This document shows, piece by piece, positions 53,449-64,000 of a stretch of 64,000 nucleotides of DNA. The stretch spans positions 3,348,001 to 3,412,000 of the forward strand of contig OZ024757.1 in NCBI GenBank assembly GCA_964016885.1, in the 5' to 3' direction. Origin of the DNA: Eledone cirrhosa. Its lineage: Eukaryota. How positions within the stretch are numbered: the first letter of the stretch is position 1; each line of letters starts with the position of its first letter. The notes under the pieces were generated by a model. It did no database searches and had not been told where the DNA came from. It saw only the letters and a program-made list of their open reading frames with translations. The position numbers and the translations under genes were made by a program.

Positions 53449-54030
53449 GTTGCTGAAAACTCTCCGTTAATCATTACACTAACTACTTGACAATTAATTT
53501 TTAGATATTTCTAACAATAAGTACTTCATAAGCTTTACATACCGAAAATGTTGACATTCTTATAGGTAATTTTCGTTAAAGCTTACATTTAGGAAAATAT
53601 TCAACAGTGTAAATTTTCCTTTAAAAAAAACCTAAAACTTTGATTCTTCACCCTTAAAATAACATAAATTAAATATTTTGAAACATAACCGTTTAGCCTT
53701 TAAAGGAAAACACATTTTTTTCTGCATATATTACTCCCCTTTATCTCTCTCTCTCTCTCTTTAAATCTTTTACCAGTGGCCTTCATAAACAGTTATAATT
53801 CAAGAGACGTTTTCCTAGATAACCATAACTTGTAGTATCTCACATGTTAAAATCTCTATTAATGTCACATTAAGCAACGTTTTTCTTACTCATACATCCT
53901 CTATTGAATTTATTACGTTTTCGCATTTTCTCATTATTAGGGTATAAATATTGAGTTTTCTCATAGGTTAATCACTACCTTGATTAAATCTTAACCATTT
54001 AACATCTCAGGGTATGTCATGTATCATTAT

Positions 54031-54083
54031 ATTTTGTCTGATGAGGACGTACTGTTGTACCTCTGAAATATGTATAATAAAAT
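54031..54083 (+). ncRNA. Minimal type-I hammerhead ribozyme motif
   Basis: Stem I ATTTTGT / CTGATGA / stem II GGACGTAC-tgtt-GTACCTCT / GAAA / quasi-palindromic stem III TATGTA / UH = TA / stem I' ATAAAAT. Confidence 0.75.
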
Positions 54084-54123
54084 TTAATTGATCAAAAGAA
54101 CATCTATTTTATTAATATTTGTA

Positions 54124-54209
<86 letters not shown>

Positions 54210-54436
54210 AATATGTATGTAACATTTGTTAATATTTCTGACTATGCAGACAATTATGTTGGTAGGTGCAATGAAGGTATCTAGGAAGGTGCAATGGAAA
54301 GAAACGCCTGGAAGATCATTGGTTGGGATGGTGGAGATACATATATATATATAAAACGAAGGAGGTGTGGTAAGGAACCAAATGGACCATAACGCACCAG
54401 AGTACTGAATAGTTAGGGTAGTAGAGTGGGTAATAG

Positions 54437-54540
54437 GAAAATATTAGACCCCGTCGGCAGAGCTCAAGCCATTTCGACGGCTATTTCTGGACTGAAATAG
54501 CCGTCGAAACGGCTTGAGCTCTGCCCTCGGGTTCTAACAT

Positions 54541-54544
<4 letters not shown>
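54437..54544. repeat. ~108-bp near-perfect hairpin palindrome
   Basis: GGCAGAGCTCAAGCCATTTCGACGGCTATTTC-tggact-GAAATAGCCGTCGAAACGGCTTGAGCTCTGCC, plus imperfect outer arms. Confidence 0.9.
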
Positions 54545-54634
<90 letters not shown>

Positions 54635-54806
54635 TTATATATATTAATGTGGGTGTTAAATATTCTTTGGAATGGATGAAAGATGAGGTAGGGCCATATT
54701 GGGATTTAAATACGGATTCAGAACTATATAGATCCCGATTTAAGTCGGGATTAACCACAGCAAATGATGTACTCAATACATTAGTTTGGTGTAAATATCA
54801 TCATTT

Positions 54807-54931
54807 AATATAGACATGGTTTCTACAGGACTAGAACTGTTTCCTTCGTATGAAAACAACACAAATAGTCATGCCTGATGATTTCATACGAATGAAACAG
54901 TACTAGTCCTGTAGAAGTCCTTTCTATATTA
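54807..54931. repeat. Fold-back element with a degenerate CTGATGA...GAAAC core
   Basis: Arms at 54821-54855 and 54882-54916, CTGATGA at 54875, GAAAC at 54894. Confidence 0.7.
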
Positions 54932-54936
54932 GATTA

Positions 54937-55045
<109 letters not shown>

Positions 55046-55107
55046 GGTTTTCCTCTGTGTATACACACACACACATATATACTTTATATATGTATATATC
55101 TACTTTA

Positions 55108-55240
<133 letters not shown>

Positions 55241-55769
55241 GTACGTGTGTCCTTCATTGATGTGTACGATAATAGCTGTTTTTGGTGGGTAATTATATAT
55301 ATATTTTATATTTAAAAATTACTTTCATGTGCAAAACGCCATTAAATTTGAAGAAATTTGATATGTGAAGAAGATATGTATTTTTATCTTTAAAATACTG
55401 AACCAATCGTTAAATTAATTTGTATGCATGTTTTGTTAAACATTTTAAATATAATTTGTAGCTTTTGATGTTTATAATTTCTGCATTCGACACAATTCTG
55501 TCATATTTTAAATCTTTGGTTAATTATTGGCGATTTATTTTGTAGAAAAATAGTTCTCTGGCGAGGTTATCGTTTTCAGTGACGAGATCTTCTATATTCA
55601 TAAAGCAAATGTCTATTGTAATGACTCTCATTAAACCTGTAGAGACGCCATTTTATATGTAACTGTCATGGCTTCCATCTTACTTCCTTGTTGGATCTTA
55701 TTTTATCCTCCGTTTATCACATCCGACACTTTTTTACTAATTTACTATTTTTTCCCCGTTAGTCAAGTT

Positions 55770-55840
<71 letters not shown>

Positions 55841-56109
55841 ATATATATAAACATATATATATATATATAAACATTTATATATATATATCTAGATATATAT
55901 ATAAACATATATATATATAAATATATATATATATAAATATATATATATATAAACACACACATATATATATAAACATATATATATAAACACATATATATAT
56001 ATAAACACATATATATATATAAACATATATATATATATAAACTTATATATATATATAATAAAGTATATATTTTGATTATGAGAATGTTTTTCATTTGTTA
56101 ACATTTTGA

Positions 56110-56290
56110 ATTGGCAGTATCGGTAGAGGGTCGGACGCCATGCTTTGACGCATAGAGTTACGGCCCTTGCCATTCTGAGTTCAAATCCCGCCAAGGTAAA
56201 CTTTGCCTTTCATCCTTACGGGGTCGATAAAATAAAGTACCAGTAATACACTGAGTAATTGCTGGTCTTGTGCCAAAAGTAGAAACAATT
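56110..56290 (+). mobile_element. tRNA-derived SINE, nearly identical to the copy inside Tigger
   Basis: TTGGCAGTATCGGTAGAGGGTCGGACGCC...GAGTTCAAATCCCGCC...GTGCCAAAAGTAGAAACAATT. Confidence 0.95.
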
Positions 56291-56463
56291 ATATATATAT
56301 ACATATATAAATACACACACACATACTTACATATATATATGTATATATATATACATATATATACATATATAAATACTCACATATAAATACATATATGCAT
56401 ATATATATATACACACACACGCACTTATATAAATACATACATATATATATTATATATAAATAC

Positions 56464-56506
<43 letters not shown>

Positions 56507-56536
56507 TAAATACATATATATATATAATATATATAA

Positions 56537-56575
<39 letters not shown>

Positions 56576-56964
56576 AGTTGTCACTTTCCATTTAAGGTAT
56601 AACAATCATCATGAGATGGTGTTGTTGTTGTTCTTCTTATTGTTGTTGTTGTTGTAGTTGTTGTTGTTATTGTTGTTGTTGTTGTAGTTGTTTTCCTCTG
56701 TTTTCTCCTTTCACCATTTACAGACTTCACTGTATTTTCAACAATTCAGTGTTTTTTCTTTTTTTTCTTTTACAACGGAACCCTTAAATGGCCCAGTTCT
56801 TGTTTATGTAGGGTCCTGTAATTCCCGAGGGGGTCATTAGGACATCGTACTGCACTTCTATGGTATTTTTGAACGTTGCGGTATCCATCTTTTCTCCAGG
56901 TCCGAATACGGCAGAAAAGTAAAGATAGAGTGAGAGAATAGAATTGAAAAAGTGATATAGAGGA

Positions 56965-57104
56965 AGAATCGGCCCCAGTGTTTGACTGGTACTTTACTTT
57001 ATCGTTCTTGAATGGATGAAAGGTAAAGTTGACGTCGGTAGGACTGGAACTCTGAGAGTAGGGAGTCGAAACGACGTTCTAAAATCTCTGACAATTCATC
57101 GCCT
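56965..57104 (-). mobile_element. Old, degenerate SINE copy
   Basis: CCCCAGTGTTTGACTGGTACTTTACTTTATCG...GATGAAAGGTAAAGTTGAC...GAACTC. Confidence 0.7.
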
Positions 57105-57206
57105 TCAGTTCTTCTTTATGAGGATTAAAACTGAACACACTTGGCAAACATTTTGGCAAGATGTCAACAAAAACAACATCACCATCACCATCACCACCAC
57201 CAACAC

Positions 57207-57238
<32 letters not shown>

Positions 57239-57358
57239 ACAACGTCAACGACAATAATAATAACACTAACTGCAACAAAAACAACAAATATTTGAAGACC
57301 AGTTTTGTCTGAAATATTTCGTTTAACCCCAGTCAGCGCTGTTTGAACAGACTTATAA

Positions 57359-57758
57359 ATGTTTCTACTTTTGGCACAAGGCCAGCAATTATACCAGTGT
57401 ACTACTGGTACTTTATTTTATCGACCCCCATAAGGATGAAAGGCAAAGTTAACCTCGGCGGGATTTGAACTCAGACCATAAAGGGCCGTAACTCTTTGCT
57501 GCAAAGCATGACGTCCGACCCTCTACCGATACTGCCAATCATAAATGTTTCTATTTTTGGCACAAGGCCAGCAAATACCCAGTACATTACTGGTACTTTA
57601 TTTTATCGACCCCGTAAGGATGAAAGGCAAAGTTAACCTCGGCGGGATTTGAACTCAGAACGTAAAGAGTCATAACTCTGTGCTGAAATTCATATTGTCC
57701 GGGACGTAACTCTATGCTTCAAAGCATGGTGTCCGACTCTCTACCGATACTGCCAATC
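57359..57758 (-). mobile_element. Head-to-tail SINE dimer, second copy chimeric
   Basis: Copies at 57359-57540 and 57546-57758, with ATAAATGTTTCTA repeated at both 3' junctions. Confidence 0.9.
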
Positions 57759-57912
57759 ATAATGAAAGCCAATCCAACAGCGCCCATCCTGCCTTGTCGC
57801 TATGTGCAAGGATTCGAAGTTCACATTATTATCTAACATGAGGGTTGGGTATCATTTGAGGGATATTTGTTTACTACTTCTAGCAGATAATGTAACCACA
57901 TAGAGATAACGT

Positions 57913-57980
<68 letters not shown>

Positions 57981-58354
57981 TGTAAGCATATATAAGTTTA
58001 TATATATATATAAACATATATATGCTTATATATATACATATAAATATATATATATGTTTATATATATATATATATATATATTTATATACATGGGGACGGG
58101 CCTTTGGAAGAGCAACATTGAATACAAGTCCGTCCCCTTATCAATCTCCTGTATTGTATTAGACATATATTACATAACAAATGTATTATCTAAGATGTTG
58201 TTTGAAGAAGTCCTGTTAGTGATCGTGTGATGGTAGTATTGCGTAATAACGCCACAGAAACACGTATTACAGTGAATTACGTAATAAAATAAATTATGAA
58301 TATCTAGTTATTGTTATTATTGTTATTATTGTTATTATTGTTATTATTATGGCA

Positions 58355-58512
58355 GTCACAGGTGTGTATACGGTACTTTATTTTATCGACCTCGTCAGGA
58401 TGAAAGTCTAAGTTGACCTCGGTGCGATTTGGACTCAAAACTTAAAGAGACGCACTTAAAAGCCGCAAGACATTCTGTCGGACGCTCTAATGATTCTGCC
58501 AACCCACCACCC
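58355..58512 (-). mobile_element. Degenerate SINE with a (TTA/TTG)n tail
   Basis: GGTACTTTATTTTATCGACCTCGTCAGGATGAAAG...GATTTGGACTCA. Confidence 0.75.
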
Positions 58513-58694
58513 TTATATGGTCAAATATAACAATTTATGAAGTCGTGAGTATTTTTTTTTTCAACCGAAAGTCAGTTGTAATCTAGCAGATCACATGACT
58601 AGAGATTTTCCAACTGTGACCATCCGGCCTTTTATTCAGGCATCGTGTATCTCGGACTATATCTTCTAATGTGTTCTTTATTATTTTTCTTTTG

Positions 58695-58780
58695 TTGTGG
58701 CATAGGAGTAAGGGTGTTGGACTTACGATCATACTGGCGGGGGTTCGATTTCTTGACTGGGTTGTGTCCAGGAGGAAGTT
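58695..58780 (+). mobile_element. Probable tRNA-like head of a second SINE family
   Basis: A-box-like TGGCATAGGAGTAAG and B-box-like GGTTCGATTTC at tRNA-like spacing. Confidence 0.45.
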
Positions 58781-59138
58781 TTGTACTCTCAGTCGCTTAA
58801 CGTCACGGAAGTCGAGACAAGCACCGGTCCGATGAGGCCTCGAGCTCTGAGACATTGTTGTTGCTGGTATATAGCCCTAGGCCAGCAATGATCCATCAGC
58901 TCTATCATAAAAATCATTGCAGCTGTGTCCATATTATATTCAGACATAATGTATCTAGGACTACAATATCTAATGTGCGCTACACTTTTTACAGGCAGTG
59001 GAGGGGTGCTTTGGAGGTGGAATAATGTACAAGAGTTTATTATTTTGTCTTACTGCTGTTTATGATTTCATATTTTGGTATACATACATATATACACAAA
59101 TATATATGTTATGTATGTATGCATATAAATATATATTT

Positions 59139-59240
<102 letters not shown>

Positions 59241-59275
59241 TATATATACATATATATACACATACACATATATAT

Positions 59276-59331
<56 letters not shown>

Positions 59332-59436
59332 CATATACACATGTATATGGGTACTTAAGTGTATATAGTGACTTATTCGTTTCTTTATATTATTATTCTT
59401 CCAATATATTCAATATTTCTGCTGTTGTTGTTGTTG

Positions 59437-60874
59437 TTAAACGTCACTGCTCTGTAGTGAAGATTCGTCAAATTTGATTCCTTTGTTCTTTAGATAGTCT
59501 ATAAACTTCTCCATGGAGACCTCCTCGTCGTCAAGGGCAGACAACCCATGCATGGACATTTCCTCCAGCGACTTACGAAGACTCACATTGCCACTACTGC
59601 TACTCCAGCTCAAGGCACTACAGCGTCTGGCCGTCTCGTTGTCACGTGACATCCGGCTGAGGGCGGCCACAGCCAAACTGCTAACTGCGTTCGAAGTGGC
59701 GATGGCAGCGGTGGAGGAAGTAGCGGTGTTGGTGGTAGTGGTGGTTTTGGTGATGTTAGGGGTAACGTTGGCAACGCCGCCGCTGCTGATAGCGGCGGCG
59801 GCGGTAATGTGCGGTGGTGGTTTGTCAACGGAGATGGCGCCACCGAGTTTTAACCCCGATGTCGTCGTCGACGTAGAGAGCGGCACCGATACCGTCACTA
59901 CCAATGGTTCGAAGCCGTTGCAGCTCTTGTCGTTGTCACGTGACTCATAGGAGGATTGTGGCGTGAGCACCGACTTCCGGTCTGCGGCGTTTAACAGGTT
60001 AGGTGACTCCGACACACTGGGAAAGAGGCAGTTGTCTGGCGTGCTCTGAATGCTCTCCTGGCCGCTACTTTGGGCCATCCAAGACATTTCTGACACGTCG
60101 CTTTCGTTGTGCGCATGCTTCGCTTTTTGGCGCCGTTTCAACATAAAAGGAAACTCTCGAAGACTACTGGAGAAGCTGAATTCTTTCCCCGATTCTAGGT
60201 TGGTGTCCCCTAACGACAGCGTATCGGCATCATCGTCGGCGCTTAGCAACGGAGATTTTTCACTTGCCAACGTGTTGCCTGGGATACAGTCAATGCAAGC
60301 TCCTTTAGGGGATTCCGACTGTGGAAGTGGCGCCATGGGGAAATGACGATTGGGTGGCATCGTTTCTTGGTTGCAGATGGCTTCGTTGGTTGAGAATGTT
60401 ACTATCTTATCGTTAAGGCCGCTGAAAAACGATTTTTCACCACTTTCAGCGTCCGATCCACCACCAATGTGGTTCCTTAGAAAAGCTAATAGCATTCCCA
60501 GGATCTCAGCATCCGTTTGGCAACCTGTGTCTTGTATGTGACCCGAACGCTTGCGAAGAATATTACTTTTCGGCTGCGACTCGTCCATAGAGTTCACATA
60601 TTTCGACACAATCATATTGTTAGCGCGTTCTCTCTCGCGAGACTCCGGTGCCGTTCCCACCTTGTCTTTCCAGGAACACGTCTGAGACGACGGGTTGAGT
60701 TTAGGGTAGGAGTGGGACCGGACGCCATCCTGTTTTAAATAACCCTGATTTGTAGGGTTTGAAATGCGACCCATGAGGGAAGGGTTTGGGCTTGGCGTTA
60801 GGCCACGTTTCTGAAGACCCCGCGTCTTCCATCGGTCTACGAGGCTCCGTTGACGTCTTTTGGTCAGCATGTCC
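59437..60874 (-). CDS. Large terminal coding exon of an unidentified gene; Ser/Thr/Ala-rich, probably disordered C-terminal region ending ...ESSLQSSDV
   Basis: 477-codon open frame with coding-like GC content in AT-rich surroundings. A polypyrimidine splice acceptor TTTTTCTCTTTGCAG|GGAC lies 4 nt upstream of the listed ATG, and the TAA stop is at 59437-59439. Confidence 0.85.
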
Positions 60875-61021
60875 CTGCAAAGAGAAAAATCGATAGATTA
60901 ATCAAAGGTAGTATAAATATATATAGGCTAAACGCTATATTATCTAGAGCTTCATTTATACAAATCATATTTAGGCGTAATATGTATAGTAAGCTTTGCA
61001 AACAAAAATATATTTTAAAAG

Positions 61022-61108
<87 letters not shown>

Positions 61109-61701
61109 TATAGATATATATGTTTCGAAGAGATTGTTTTGGTAAAAACAGGAGCAAGCAGGAGAAAGCTCTTAACATTCGTAGTTTATAGTTACGATGG
61201 AGATTCAGTATAATAATAACATTAATAAAGATGCTGATGTTACATAGATCGTTTATTCATTATAATTATTTCAACGGTTCTCCCATGCAATTAAGATGTA
61301 ATTCATGCATTTGTTGTTATGAGAACGGTATCCTCAGATGAAATTCTATTTTGTGATATGGAAAACACACGTCCTTCTGCTGGACGCGTAGAGAATAATA
61401 TGTGATAGCATATAATTACCAAATAGTCTCAGAATTAACTGTTATATATATATATATAGTAATTTTGCCGAAACCGGCCGATCCCTCGTTCGATCCTCTT
61501 CTAATATTTTCATAACCACCATGTTGTTTCCTACATACATATGAAGGATATCGCAACACACACATACATAAATACATAAATACATACACACACACACACA
61601 TACATAAATACATACATACATACACACATACATAAATACATACATACATACGCACATACACACAGCCATATATATACATATATACGCAAAAAATCGATCC
61701 G

Positions 61702-61885
61702 CAAGGTTTAGCAATGAATACATTATTTGATATACATATGTTTCATTTACCAAAGAATGTTAATTTCAATACCTTTTTATAATATTGATCCTGATGATTT
61801 CTCTACAAAGGTATTGAAAATAACATTCTTTGGAGAATGAAACATATGTAAATCAAATAAATAATGTTTTAAAGGTTAAACCTTG
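61702..61885. mobile_element. Fold-back element with a hammerhead-like motif on the + strand (61783-61859)
   Basis: Arms at 61702-61776 and 61807-61885. ATTGATC-CTGATGA-(TTCTC..CAAAG / CTTTG-GAGAA)-GAAA-CATATG-TA-AATCAA, with a perfectly palindromic stem III. Confidence 0.6.
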
Positions 61886-62051
61886 GTGATCTCTTGTGTC
61901 AATATATGTTCAGTGATTATAAATCCACGATGAACGGAAGTATACGAACTGGATGTACCTGTGGACTACCTTTTGCTTATCTAGATACTGAAAAAAACCA
62001 CATCACATCTCAGGTTTAAATATTTGAATACCTTAAACTGTTGTATTATCA

Positions 62052-62124
<73 letters not shown>

Positions 62125-62246
62125 ATAATAATACATTGGAAGACTAAAATCCAAAGAGTGCTCGATAACTTTCAGAAGATCCCGTTAAGGGTGAAAGCAG
62201 CGATTCTTTGCTTAAACTTTAATCTGTTTTTTTAATAGTACCTATC

Positions 62247-62305
<59 letters not shown>

Positions 62306-62533
62306 CAGAGAGAATAAGAAAATGCGAAGTAGTTTCAGATATTAAAGTCCTTTATTGATAAGGTTGTAATACATATTTCAATGACGACAGTGGCCACACC
62401 ATTTCGCCTAATCAGTGCCATGATCTCATCAGACACCTTCTTACATAATAAAGTTACGTTCCCGAGGCAATCTAAATTAAAACGAAAAAGGGAACCGCCA
62501 AAGATGATGTTTTTGAAGCCTTCACCCGTTCCC

Positions 62534-62591
<58 letters not shown>

Positions 62592-62640
62592 CTCTCTCTC
62601 TATATATATAATACATACACACACATATATATATATACAC

Positions 62641-63368
62641 TCCCCTACGGTTAGCTATACTCTTTGTTGTTCTCCTGTCTCACTCGCTTTACGCGTTTTA
62701 ATTGTCCTAATAACTTATTTTAGTTATTATTGCACCGACGTGAGGTATATGATTTTTAATGCAATGAAATATCTATGATCGTCGGCAAATCACTGATGAG
62801 GGACTCATTTTATTACATGTTATCCATGCGCTACCTGCAGTATTTTTCTCCATATTTTATTACATATATTTACCCAAACTGCGATTCTGTGTTTTTCTCT
62901 CTCTCTCTTACTGTTCCCCCATTCTCTCTGTTTCTCCTACTTTCTTTCGCCCCCTCTGTCATGTCAGTTACCTCTTCCTCACACTTTCACTCACTCACTG
63001 TTTCTCCTCTCTTCGCTTCATCCTGTACACGAAGAAAGCTATATTTTTCTCTCTTCTCACATGGCCCTCGTTCGTGTCAGGTCTTTTTTCTAAAGCGCTC
63101 ATATATTCACCTAGCTTATGCTAAACAGAATAATTATGAAGCTTGTTTCATTCCCCTACGGTTAGCTATACTCTTTGTTGTTCTCCTGTCTCACTCGCTT
63201 TACGCGTTTTAATTGTCCTAATAACTTATTTTAGTTATTATTGCACCGACGTGAGGTATATGATTTTTAATGCAATGAAATATCTATGATCGTCGGCAAA
63301 TCACTGATGAGGGACTCTTTTTATTACATGTTATCCATGCGCTACCTGCAGTATTTTTCTCCATATTT

Positions 63369-63375
<7 letters not shown>
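62641..63375. repeat. ~225-bp near-identical direct repeat with a 511-bp period
   Basis: 62641-~62865 matches 63152-~63375 (TCCCCTACGGTTAGCTATAC...CATATTTTATTA). Microsatellite lies on both flanks. Confidence 0.9.
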
Positions 63376-63410
<35 letters not shown>

Positions 63411-63794
63411 ATAGGTTCTACAACCATGACAAAACCTGTTATGTCTTCGTTACAGTACTGGTCTTAAAAATAATAGTTAAACTCGTCCCGTGGACTTGAG
63501 TTGCTCTACTTCATGGATAACCATACCAACTTATTACTAATATATATATATATATATGCATATATATATATATATAATATATAAGATCAAAAGATGGTTA
63601 AATGAGTTCCATGTATTTTATTATGCGCATTTCAAAAACAAATATCATCATGCAATAACATTTGTGTTTTCATCAGATAAAATAGGAAGACATGATATGA
63701 AGGTTAAAAACACTTGTGGATAGTGCAGTTTTAAATCAACATATCTTATCCTATATCTGCATTGCTTTATTGTACTACAATAAAACTCACCTCC

Positions 63795-63835
<41 letters not shown>

Positions 63836-64000
63836 CTTTGATAGGTTTTGGCCAGTATTGACCTAGGCCATGTGTAACTTAATAGCACCATCCGGCGATA
63901 TAAATATATATATATATATATACAGAGTAGTTAACCGGGCCTGCGACTATGTGTATATAAATATACACATTTAAAAAAAGATATGTAGACATGTAAAATC

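Larger units (their letters stand above)
52733..54132. mobile_element. Element with ~140-bp terminal inverted repeats, each carrying a complete hammerhead motif
   Basis: 52733-52875 is the near-perfect reverse complement of 53992-54132. The interior (~1.1 kb) is AT-rich and non-coding. Confidence 0.85.

Noticed and set aside
56110-56195. tRNA gene
   Set aside because: The A and B boxes belong to a multi-copy SINE head, followed by the SINE body and tail, and no clean cloverleaf forms.
59513-60738. Plus-strand and alternative-frame ORFs
   Set aside because: They are shadows of the 477-aa minus-strand exon.
62390-62471. Possible upstream exon (CLGNVTLLCKKVSDEIMALIRRNG, minus strand) and a CTGATGA...GAAA motif within it
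   Set aside because: The acceptor is plausible, but no convincing donor in a phase compatible with the 60874 exon was found, and the hammerhead stems do not form.

Overview
Eukaryotic, AT- and microsatellite-rich DNA. The SINE and repeat content suggests a cephalopod such as Octopus (inference). Bases 1-~35850 are a 65-bp satellite (~550 copies) with nested higher-order periods of about 2602, 6179, 4684 and 1949 bp. Read on the minus strand, the monomer continues in frame from an adjacent decayed RTE-clade LINE ORF (...VEPQLLRIERSQL*YYRHVVRMSQERIS), so the array appears to have grown in place from retrotransposon coding sequence. The right 28 kb holds a full-length but dead Tigger/pogo element interrupted by a SINE, two non-autonomous Helitron-like elements, two MITE copies, an R4/Dong-like LINE remnant, many tRNA-derived SINEs and several minisatellites. 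It also contains a set of fold-back elements inserted in (TA)n that carry minimal type-I hammerhead ribozyme motifs of Penelope-like or retrozyme style, with stem covariation between copies. One large terminal exon (59437-60874, minus) encodes a Ser/Thr-rich tail ending in a PDZ-ligand-like SSDV. All analysis was by eye; family assignments are from recall and no searches were run.
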